This document shows, piece after piece, positions 54,290 to 62,143 of a stretch of 64,000 bases of DNA. The translations under genes and the position numbers were made by a program. The stretch lies in the NCBI GenBank assembly GCA_958296025.1, contig OY282430.1:3212477-3276476 (forward strand), given 5' to 3'. The stretch comes from an uncultured Pseudomonadales bacterium. Its GTDB lineage: Bacteria; Pseudomonadota; Gammaproteobacteria; Pseudomonadales; Azotimanducaceae. Under the pieces are notes generated by a model, which saw nothing but the letters and a program-made list of their open reading frames with translations, ran no database searches and was not told the origin of the DNA. Positions within the stretch are counted from its first letter, which is position 1; each line of letters opens with the position of its first letter.

Positions 54290-54997
54290 ATGGGCATCCG
54301 CCGCAAGGTCATTCCGCTGATGCGGGAACACAACGGCTGCGAGCCGGAGTTCGAGGCGGCGGAAGACTACTTCCGATGGCGGGCCTATGTTGTGATTGAC
54401 TATCCGAAGCTTGCCGGCGACCATGCGCTCATGCGCCGGCTGCTGCCGGACAACCGCCAGGCGGCGCTGATCCGCTTGGAGAGCGCCTCCGGCGACGACG
54501 TGCCTAGGCTGCTGGCGGCGGCGTTCCAGCGGTGGAGCGGGCCGGAGTCAGGGGGGCTGCGTCGGGGCTTCCACGCCCGGGCCGAGCATTTGCTGCGGCG
54601 GCGGGGATTGGCGCTGCCGCCGCTGGCGGACTACGAACGGATGTTGGCGCAGGAGAAAGGAGCAAGAGAGATGACGACGTTAATGGAGGCGAGGCTGCAG
54701 GAATGGCACGACAACGCCATTGCGCAGGGTGTGCGGCAAGGTGTGCAACAGGGGATGCAGCAAGGGGTGCGGCAAGGCTTACAGCAGGGGGTGCGGCAAG
54801 GCGTCCACCAAGGCCAAACGGACCTGCTGCGCCGCCAAGCGGAGCGGCGCTTTGACGCGGAAACCGCCCGGCGGCTGTCGGCCCTGCTGGACGGCGCCGA
54901 CGCGGACCGCTTGATTGAGGTGGGCGATTGGATTGTCGAGTGCAGCAGCGGCGACGAACTGCTGGAGCGGCTCCGCCAAGCCGGCGGGTTGGCCTAG
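54290..54997 (+). pseudogene. 5'-truncated rpn paralog lacking the PD-(D/E)XK core; retains the middle region and DUF4351-type tail
   Basis: Aligns by eye to the intact Rpn from VIPLMREHNG (= LPVVLYNGG) to the tail. Rpn-like sequence (RVRILRDYG = LRILEYT) continues upstream of the ATG to a stop at 54221. The catalytic EFQ strand and everything before it are missing. Confidence 0.55.
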
Positions 54998-55125
54998 CGA
55001 CTCCCCGTTAATAGGTCCGCGACCACCTCGCTGCCGCATGCGTCAAAACGACCGCGACGTCCTTAAGACGTGCTCGCCGATGTAGCTGAGGATCAGGTTG
55101 GTCGATATGGGGGCGAATTCCCCGC
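54615..55125. repeat. Direct repeat A (~510 bp): rpn 3' part, spacer, and the 3' end of a convergent unknown gene
   Basis: Collinear with 56947-57455, with only scattered mismatches. Confidence 0.9.
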
Positions 55126-55197
55126 GAAGGCGAACCTTGTCAATGGGGAAGGGAGTGGCGGTTGTGGCCTGCATACGGAGTTGTACACTGCGTTCTC

Positions 55198-55947
55198 ATG
55201 AAACAACCTTCACGATTCAGCGCCGCTGAGCGTCCGCGAGACTCATCCATCGTCTTAAGGCCGCTTTGGGAGCGCACTGAGGTCATTCCCATGCGGCATC
55301 CACCTGTTGAACCCCAAGACGGGCGGTGGGACTTGAGCGACACCGAAAACCAGTTGCTGCCGGATGGATACTGGGGCATTTGGGTGCCGCCCACCACTGT
55401 GGAACGGCATGTCACTGGGCTGGAGATGCTAAACCTTCCCGGCGAGCCTTGCGGCGATTGGCGAGGGCATGGGGTATGGCTGTCGCGCAACTTTGCCGAC
55501 GACATGGGGCGCCGTCTGTGCGTCACCTTGTCCAAGGCGGGGCCCTTGTCCGTCCATGCGTTGTTGGGTGCGCAGGGCGTCGCGGACATCCGCCCGCGCT
55601 TGGCGCTGGCCGGGCATCCCGCCGCCCGCCGCAGCGTTCCCGTATGGGGGGCGTCACATGCCCGGGCGGCTTTGGAGTGGGCTTGGGATGCGTTAGTGGA
55701 GACCGCGGAGGGAAGTGCGCCCGACGGCAGTGAGTTGGCGGAATGGCTGTCCGATGCGCAGGCCGATGAGTTGACGCACATGGCGCATAGGTTAGTCCGG
55801 GCGCATCCCGACCCGGACATCGCCGCCGTTTGGCTGCAATGGGTGGAGCAGTCGTTGCATCCTCCAGACCGTCGCGGGGCGGCGGCGGTCGGCGTCCAAC
55901 CGCGCAGGATCAATTTGCCACCTCGAAAAACTGAGGTTGTCACATGA
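55198..55947 (+). CDS. Hypothetical protein, upstream partner of the AbiEii-like gene
   Basis: ORF with ATG 55198 (TTG 55162 also possible). Its stop overlaps the next start (ATGA at 55944-55947). No HTH or other motif recognised. Confidence 0.55.
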   Translation: MKQPSRFSAAERPRDSSIVLRPLWERTEVIPMRHPPVEPQDGRWDLSDTENQLLPDGYWGIWVPPTTVERHVTGLEMLNLPGEPCGDWRGHGVWLSRNFADDMGRRLCVTLSKAGPLSVHALLGAQGVADIRPRLALAGHPAARRSVPVWGASHARAALEWAWDALVETAEGSAPDGSELAEWLSDAQADELTHMAHRLVRAHPDPDIAAVWLQWVEQSLHPPDRRGAAAVGVQPRRINLPPRKTEVVT

Positions 55948-56921
55948 CGGCGGCGATGGACTTGCCGTCACTGCTGCCGCCCGTACCAGAGTCGCCTGAC
56001 GGCCGGGACGCATGGTGGGAAGGCGTCCTGCATCGGGCCATTGCGCTGGCGCAGCACCAATTGGAAGGGCAAGGCTCGCCCGCCATCCTGCTCGGCGGCA
56101 CCGCTGCCCGCCTATGCTACGGATTGTCGAGGCCATCCCAGGACATCGATTTGGACCTGCTTCACCAAGATGGGGATGTGGCGTCAGCAATCAGCACAGG
56201 CTTCACGCAAGCCCAAAAGGAGCTGGCTGCGTCGGTGCATTGGCCAAAGCGCCGCCATGGACGGGGCTTTGAGGTGCGGTTGTCGCATCCTCGCTTTGGC
56301 GGGCGCACCTGCTCAGTGGACACTAGAGTGTTGCGCGGCGATGCTGCCGAGACGGCGGAACATCAGCTGTCCATATTGGCGGCGGGCCTGCGAGTGTATC
56401 GGCCCGATGAACTGGTGCGTCAAAAAATGGCGCTGGCAATCGATACCAAAGAGCGTCGGCGGGGGCGGGACCGATATGACCTGGCGTGGTGGCTGACGAA
56501 TCGAATGGAGTGCGCGGCACCCAACGACCGCATTGCACTGAGCCATGCACTGTCCGAAAGCTCCATCTTGCAAGAGGCTTGGGACCGTTCCCATCGTAAG
56601 GACGCCATCCTGAGCCGCGTTCCTCCCCAAGCGGTGCAGGCGGCGCTGGATGCCGCCTTGGCGTCCGACCCAATCGTGCTGCTGAGCCGTCATCCGCAAG
56701 GCTCCGTCACCATCGACGCATCCATGCAAGAGGGGTGCCGTCTTCTCTGGCGGGACGAGCCGCATGCCACGAAGCGTTTGTTGCGGCAGTTCCCTTCCGC
56801 ACAAAGGTGCATTCGCCATCTGCAGGCGATTGGCTGGTGCGACGAGGGGGATGCGAATTCGTTGCTGCGTCAATCCCTAGGGCAGGCGGGCACACCCTTA
56901 GTTGCGCCGTCGCCTTCATAA
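55944..56921 (+). CDS. Nucleotidyltransferase of the AbiEii/AbiGii toxin family
   Basis: LLGGTAARLCYGLSRPSQDIDLDL (GGTA...S.DIDL NTase motif) and KMALAIDTKERRRGRDRYDLAWWL (K...R.RD.YDL). Confidence 0.7.
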   Translation: MTAAMDLPSLLPPVPESPDGRDAWWEGVLHRAIALAQHQLEGQGSPAILLGGTAARLCYGLSRPSQDIDLDLLHQDGDVASAISTGFTQAQKELAASVHWPKRRHGRGFEVRLSHPRFGGRTCSVDTRVLRGDAAETAEHQLSILAAGLRVYRPDELVRQKMALAIDTKERRRGRDRYDLAWWLTNRMECAAPNDRIALSHALSESSILQEAWDRSHRKDAILSRVPPQAVQAALDAALASDPIVLLSRHPQGSVTIDASMQEGCRLLWRDEPHATKRLLRQFPSAQRCIRHLQAIGWCDEGDANSLLRQSLGQAGTPLVAPSPS

Positions 56922-56946
56922 AGCCCGGCACCCAACTACTGGCCCG

Positions 56947-57455
56947 GCCGCCGCTAGCGGACTACGAACGGATGTTGGCGCAGGAGAAAGGAGCAAGAGA
57001 GATGACGACGTTGATGGAGGCGAGGCTGCAGGAATGGCACGACAACGCCATCGCGCAGGGGGTGCGGCAAGGTGTGCAGCAAGGCTTGCAGCAGGGAGTG
57101 CGGCAAGGCTTACAGCAGGGGGTGCGGCAAGGCGTCCACCAAGGCCAAGCGGACCTGCTGCGCCGCCAAGCGGAGCGGCGCTTTGACGCGGAAACCGCCA
57201 GGCGGCTGTCGGCCCTGCTGGAAGGCGCCGACGCGGACCGCTTGATTGAGGTGGGCGACTGGATTGTCGAGTGCGGCAGCGGCAACGAACTGCTGGAGCG
57301 GCTCCGCCAAGCCAGCGGGTTGGTCTAGGCACTGCCTCTCAATCAGGCCGCGACCACCCCACTGTCGCATCCGCGTCAAAACGACCGCGGCCTACCCAAG
57401 ACTTGCTCTCCGATGGAGCTGAGGATCAGGTTGGTGGAGATGCGGGCGGTCCGGT
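56947..57455. repeat. Direct repeat B (~510 bp), partner of 54615-55125
   Basis: See repeat A. Confidence 0.9.
56972..57328 (+). pseudogene. Free-standing rpn 3' fragment (DUF4351-type tail only, 118 codons from an internal ATG)
   Basis: MLAQEKGAREMTTLMEARLQEWHDNAIAQGVRQG...RLIEVGDWIVECGSGNELLERLRQASGLV. About 95% identical to the tail of 54290..54997. Confidence 0.5.
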
Positions 57456-57504
57456 AGAGGCGGATTTCGCGGAAAATGGCCAAGATCGGCCAAAAAAGAC
57501 CTTG

Positions 57505-57696
57505 ATGCCGGCTCGGGTCAACGAAATCGTCCGCGGCCGTCGCGGCACTACCGCTGGAACGGCGTTGCGCCTTGCCCGGTACTTCAACACCGACGCGCAA
57601 AGCTGGATGAACCTTCAGAGTCAGTATGAACTGGCACTTGCGGCCCGGGAGGCCGACGACTCGCTGGCGGCAATCCGGCCGCTGCAAGTAGCCTAA
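57505..57696 (+). pseudogene. higA: HigA-type (XRE HTH) antitoxin, N-terminally degraded
   Basis: ARVNEIVRGRRGTTAGTALRLARYFNTDAQSWMNLQSQYELALAA matches the C-terminal two-thirds of HigA. The expected PxHPGEIL...LGxSQ part is scrambled, and no higB is present. Confidence 0.5.
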
Positions 57697-57879
57697 GCGG
57701 CGGCGCTTTCGCTAAGCAAGCAACGCCCCGCGGGCTTTGATGGCCCTACTCCTCGCTTTCACACTACTACCGGCAGCCAGAAAGCGCCCAAAAGCGCCCT
57801 AAGGCGTGTCTAGGATCTTCCTTGCCGGCAGTTTGCTTTGCGCGGCTTGGCTATAATTGTGCTTCCGTCAACCTGGAGA

Positions 57880-58530
57880 ATGACCTTGAAAAAGCTACTG
57901 GCCAATTTGCTGCTTGCCACCGTGCTGCCGGCTTTAGGCCATGCTCAAACCGTGGACATTTGCGGCAGAACGCCGCAAGTGCGCGACGCCATCATGGGGG
58001 ACCTTGGCGCGGAAGACTGCGCCGCCGTGGATTCCGCACAGATGGCCGAATTGCGACTATTTATATTTAGTCGAAACAGGTTGACGGCCTTGCCGGCGGG
58101 CGTGTCCGAAGGCCTGACCAACTTGAACACACTGGAGTTGACGAACAACCGCCTTGTGGGATCGAGCCGGAATGACCCATTGTTTGCCATGCTTCCCAGC
58201 GAGGTTGACTCGGAATCGGAGTGGCAAACCGAAGAGCCGGATGGGCTAGAACCTCCGGCAACACGCCTTGCCAACACCGGGGCGAACGCCGCAAGCGTGA
58301 GCACTGAAGGTGTCGACGGCCAAGGCAACACCGCCGGGCCGGTCACCTTGACGCTGGCCGCCCCAGCCAAGCGGAAAACGACCCTTCCGCCCCTCCCGGA
58401 ATCCGCCCTCGCCCGACTTCCCGGGTCCCAAAAACACAGGATCGAACGCAACAGCTTCGCCAGCAAACGACTCTATAATCACCCCGGCGATCCCATACAT
58501 TCAATTGACTTGAATGCGAAACTCACCTAG
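57880..58530 (+). CDS. Secreted protein with two leucine-rich repeats and a low-complexity C-terminus
   Basis: GGAGA RBS, signal peptide MTLKKLLANLLLATVLPALGHA, LRR units NRLTALPAGVSEGLTNLNTLELTNNRL. Confidence 0.55.
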   Translation: MTLKKLLANLLLATVLPALGHAQTVDICGRTPQVRDAIMGDLGAEDCAAVDSAQMAELRLFIFSRNRLTALPAGVSEGLTNLNTLELTNNRLVGSSRNDPLFAMLPSEVDSESEWQTEEPDGLEPPATRLANTGANAASVSTEGVDGQGNTAGPVTLTLAAPAKRKTTLPPLPESALARLPGSQKHRIERNSFASKRLYNHPGDPIHSIDLNAKLT

Positions 58531-58577
58531 AGTCCACCAGTGCGCCATTTTCCAACCAGCTTGCAAGGAGGCCGCTA

Positions 58578-59933
58578 ATGTCTTCGACCCATACGACAGC
58601 GACGAAAACCCTAAAAAGGCATTTTCTTATACCCATGTGTTGCGTATTTCTTCTCGCTGCATGTGTTGAAAATCCCGAAATCAAATCTGCAAGGGCCAGC
58701 TTGGAGCTTGCAGAAATGAAGGGTGATCTTGACGGCATGTTTCTGTCACTACGGCAGCTAGTAGAACTTGGTGATGAAGCAGCAGCAAATAGCTTGCCTT
58801 TGGTGCGCACAGCCATTGCAGAGCGCGAACGCATGCTTCAATCCCTCGCCGACCACGACCACGAAGGAGCAATCCAGGCAGCAGAGGAGCTGTTGAATAT
58901 AGTTCCGAAGCATAAAGAGGGTCTAAAGGTTCTTCGGGAGTCTGGGCAGATATTTTTCTACCTTAGAGAAGCGAAGCACCTCGTGGTCTCGATCTTTGAT
59001 CAAAGCAATTCTCAAGCAGTTACTATAGAGCCCTTAATGGTTGATGAGTCGCTGCCTGAGGAACAACGTCATGCTTTTATTGTAACGACAATCCAGACGC
59101 TTCTCGAAGAATTGGGCTACTACCACGGCGAAGTCGACGGTGTGGCGGGCCCCGATACGGAAAATGCGCTTGAAGCCTTCCAAAAGGAGCAAAATGAGGA
59201 GGAGACTTTCGACCTTTCTGTGGAAACTGCAAACATGCTGAAGTCCGAACATAGGAAGAGGGAGATGGAAGATAAGGATATCGAAAAGCGGTTTTACGCC
59301 TTTTCTCGTTCACGCAAACTCGTTGACTTAGCAAAAAAACTTGATCCAAACTTCCCGAACGCTATCGAATTTGGAGAGATTATTGACCGTGGACATTCGA
59401 GCCTAGTGTATATAGAGGCTCAAAGGATTATAGCGAAAGGTGCCTTGATGATGGTGAAGGCTGAAATGGTCCATTCCTTAATATCATCGACTCTAGGCAT
59501 CGCTGCTTCTTCTCCTTACGGATCTGTCCAAGATACTTGGAGAAGAATTTCTCCACTTGTTGATGAAATAAGGCAGCCACTAAAGATGGACAAGGAAAAA
59601 TTGGACAATGGTCTGGCTCTTCTCTCCACTTACGAGTCTGGTAGATCCCTTGAATTTGTATCAAATCTCAAGGAATACGTCGTGACAGTCCATGTAGCGA
59701 CAATGGCCTTTTTGGAGCCAAGTGGAAGTCTGGTCGACTTTCGACAAGCAGCAAGCGACGCTACTAGCGAGTATTCACGCGTCAGTGCTAGACTCAATGG
59801 GTCCATGCCTAGTGAAACTCAGATACAGGAGGACTATGAAGGTCTAGCCGCGATCCTTAGTAACCACGCAGTAGTTTCTGACCCGAGAACTGACCAAATC
59901 ATCGCTCGCCATGAAGGGCTTTATACTCTGTGA
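58578..59933 (+). CDS. Lipoprotein with a peptidoglycan-binding (PG_binding_1-like) domain
   Basis: Lipobox VFLLAAC; IQTLLEELGYYHGEVDGVAGPDTENALEAFQ. AT-rich codon usage unlike the core genes. Confidence 0.6.
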   Translation: MSSTHTTATKTLKRHFLIPMCCVFLLAACVENPEIKSARASLELAEMKGDLDGMFLSLRQLVELGDEAAANSLPLVRTAIAERERMLQSLADHDHEGAIQAAEELLNIVPKHKEGLKVLRESGQIFFYLREAKHLVVSIFDQSNSQAVTIEPLMVDESLPEEQRHAFIVTTIQTLLEELGYYHGEVDGVAGPDTENALEAFQKEQNEEETFDLSVETANMLKSEHRKREMEDKDIEKRFYAFSRSRKLVDLAKKLDPNFPNAIEFGEIIDRGHSSLVYIEAQRIIAKGALMMVKAEMVHSLISSTLGIAASSPYGSVQDTWRRISPLVDEIRQPLKMDKEKLDNGLALLSTYESGRSLEFVSNLKEYVVTVHVATMAFLEPSGSLVDFRQAASDATSEYSRVSARLNGSMPSETQIQEDYEGLAAILSNHAVVSDPRTDQIIARHEGLYTL

Positions 59934-59988
59934 GGAATTTTGCAAAATCCTTCTACTTCCGTGGAGTGCGAAGAGGGCGAGAGGTCGT

Positions 59989-60306
59989 ATGAAGGCTAAG
60001 GCATGGAATAACGGAAGATGGTATCCAACCGGAGCAGGGTATGGTATCAAGATATCTGCTGCGGATCGTGATAGGTATTTTCGCCGATGTTGGCCTAACG
60101 TGGACATTGAGCTGCCAAACGGCAACCAAGTCACAGTTAATACCAGTAAGAGGTCCTTCTGGGACGGAACATGCAGGGAGCTAATTCACAAGGATATTGG
60201 TCGATGGTTGATCGATAGCGGTAGAGCCCGATGGCTCCCTGGAAGTTCGCCGGAGTTTCAACTGGTTCCTATGCAAATGAGATGCTTTGTTTTAAAAATG
60301 GGCTAA
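59989..60306 (+). CDS. Small hypothetical protein (105 aa)
   Basis: MKAKAWNNGRWYPTGAGYGIKISAADRDRYF...SFWDGTCRELIHKDIGRWL. Pattern recalled from conserved hypothetical proteins. No function known to me. Confidence 0.45.
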   Translation: MKAKAWNNGRWYPTGAGYGIKISAADRDRYFRRCWPNVDIELPNGNQVTVNTSKRSFWDGTCRELIHKDIGRWLIDSGRARWLPGSSPEFQLVPMQMRCFVLKMG

Positions 60307-60343
60307 AAGCTAGTGTTCTGTTCCATAAATAACTAATATAACT

Positions 60344-60547
60344 ATGAGCGTGTTTAATCCAGAGAATACGCTTATGTCTCGCGATCGATCCACTGTTCCG
60401 ATTGTCCTCGACAATGACGAAAAACACGAATTGCTCGGTATCGTACGCTCCCGCTCACTGCCTCACGCAGTCTTGCGGAAGCGCTTCTGGCAACCAACCA
60501 CATTCTCGCTGGGCAAATTGCCGGCATCGAATTCGAGCAACATGTGA
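60344..60547 (+). pseudogene. Possible IS630-type transposase N-terminal (HTH) fragment
   Basis: PIVLDNDEKHELLGIVRSRSLPHA resembles the start of IS630-family transposases. Similarity is lost afterwards. Confidence 0.3.
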
Positions 60548-60798
60548 GGAACCTAACCAATGCGAAATCGAAAGATTCACTGGGATGGCTGGTTTACCAT
60601 AAGTTGCCCGATATCATTCGGGTACGCTGTTCGGGTCAGAATCAAAGTGAGGAAATTATCAAAAAGTGCAAGATGGCGCACGACGTCCGAAATCAAGCGA
60701 TTCATTTGGATCCTGTGCCAGAAGCGGAGGCCGTCGGGCAGCTACTCGAAGCCATGAAGCTGGTTGGACGGATGAGAATACCTATATCCCAACGGTAA
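60460..60798 (+). pseudogene. HEPN/DUF4145-like remnant (Rx4H motif), 5' end lost
   Basis: In the frame of ORF 60544..60798: ...AEALLATNHILAGQIAGIEFEQHVRNL...CKMAHDVRNQAIHLDP...AVGQLLEAMKLV. The RNQAIH motif fits the HEPN Rx4-6H signature. Only a GTG start at 60544. Confidence 0.3.
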
Positions 60799-60964
60799 AA
60801 GGTTGCCAAAAACCCAACTTCCCCAACGATGAAACCGAGGAAATAGCGGTGCCTTGGGCAGGTACTCTTAGGAATATAAGCGTAGATGAACTCGGCGCTG
60901 AACAGGGGATTAGAGAGGCGATGCTGGTAGAGCGATTTAGCCTGTATTGAGCATTTGCCGCTGG

Positions 60965-62086
60965 TTAGCTGTCCAAGCCCTTGTAAACATCCCGGCGAAG
61001 GCCGAACCGCTCCAAAACAACCCTATGTTCGTGCTTGTCCAGCCAATAGATTATGCGGTAGTCGCCAAGGCGATAGCGCCATCTGCGCCGCTGTCCCTGG
61101 AGCCGCTTAATCGGTTTCCGGGGTGTTGTCGGGTCGCGGCATATGCTCAAAGTCGCCTGACTTATCCTCGTGAACTCACCCATATTCCCATACACCTCAC
61201 TTTGGAAGCGACTGGTGTATGCAAGCTGCCAAGGAAGGCTGTCCGGGCCGATGTCCTGTATTGGCATGCTCTCCGGCGCTTGTTCCGCAACTTCAACCTC
61301 AGCGCTCTCCGAGGGCAACCCCGCCACAGTTTCGCGTAGCGACCGCAGGATTACGGTGCCAAGCTGGTGTTCCGATGGCAAATCGCAGATCCCGTCTTCG
61401 GACAGGCCAAGCAGTTCCGTGGCCACGCACTTTCCGAAGGCAGTGAGCGCATAGTCGCCAGCGGCCATCGCATCGAAGCAGTGCAGCACGTCCGTTTTCG
61501 TCGCCGCGACCTTCTCCCAATCGATCAACCGCCGATAGGCGTCGATAGCAGTCAAGTCGATGATGCGGGCAATTCCGAATCGCTTGATGTAGTCGCACAG
61601 AACATCCGTAAGCAAGGCGTCCTTCCGCCACAGCTCCGCAACCGGCGGTGCCATCGGACAGCTATACAGTTGAATTGGCTCCGTTGGCCGCAGCAGACCG
61701 TACAGACCGGAGATGAACAGGGTGTGGTGTTCGGATTCCGCCAGCCTTTGCTTGCCTTCCGCACCCAACGCCTGGAAGAACCGGCCCTCGTAGCGGTCAA
61801 GCGTCGGCAGATAGGTGGCGGTGTGCCGGCCGCCAAGGTCCGGACCACTGGTGAGTTCCTGGTTGAATGCAAGCTCCGAGACGGGGGCACCCTGCCAACA
61901 AAAATCAGAGGCGCTTTTCACGAGCTGGAAAATTCTTGCTCGCCGCTTGAGAAGCCGGTCTCCTAGGGAGTTCGGCAAAACGGAAGTGATCGCCTGCCCT
62001 GCATCGTACTCGGCGCTGCCGCCTGGCGCCTTGGTGAGTGAGCAGTTGGTCAGGAACAGCACCATGCTCGATGGCTGGTATGGCAT
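60965..62086 (-). CDS. Fusion protein: YaaA/DUF328-DUF6884-like N-terminal module + acidic linker + RelE/ParE-fold C-terminal domain
   Basis: GGAGG RBS 7 nt before ATG 62086. LFLTNCSLTK..., RYEGRFFQAL, LFISGLYGLLRPTEPIQLY (YaaA-type signature). C-terminal WQLAYTSRF...IKRLQGQRRRWRYRLGDYRIIYWLDKHEHRVVLERFGLRRDVY (RelE/ParE signature). Confidence 0.7.
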   Translation of the reverse strand: MPYQPSSMVLFLTNCSLTKAPGGSAEYDAGQAITSVLPNSLGDRLLKRRARIFQLVKSASDFCWQGAPVSELAFNQELTSGPDLGGRHTATYLPTLDRYEGRFFQALGAEGKQRLAESEHHTLFISGLYGLLRPTEPIQLYSCPMAPPVAELWRKDALLTDVLCDYIKRFGIARIIDLTAIDAYRRLIDWEKVAATKTDVLHCFDAMAAGDYALTAFGKCVATELLGLSEDGICDLPSEHQLGTVILRSLRETVAGLPSESAEVEVAEQAPESMPIQDIGPDSLPWQLAYTSRFQSEVYGNMGEFTRISQATLSICRDPTTPRKPIKRLQGQRRRWRYRLGDYRIIYWLDKHEHRVVLERFGLRRDVYKGLDS

Positions 62087-62143
62087 GAGGACGCCTCCAA
62101 CAGGAATTGAGAGCCTTGCATTTTACCTCGCGTCCAACGAGGA

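Noticed and set aside
57376-57687. 103-aa minus-strand ORF ending in ...ISTNLILSSIGEQVLGRPRSF
   Set aside because: Only the last ~25 codons belong to the repeated gene-tail element. The rest is antisense to the HigA-like frame and has no coherence. It is treated as a repeat remnant, not a gene.
57822-57857. Consensus TATAAT at 57852-57857 upstream of the LRR gene, considered as a promoter
   Set aside because: No -35-like hexamer lies at 16-18 bp spacing (TTGCCG is 24 bp away, TTTGCT 14 bp). That is too weak to call.
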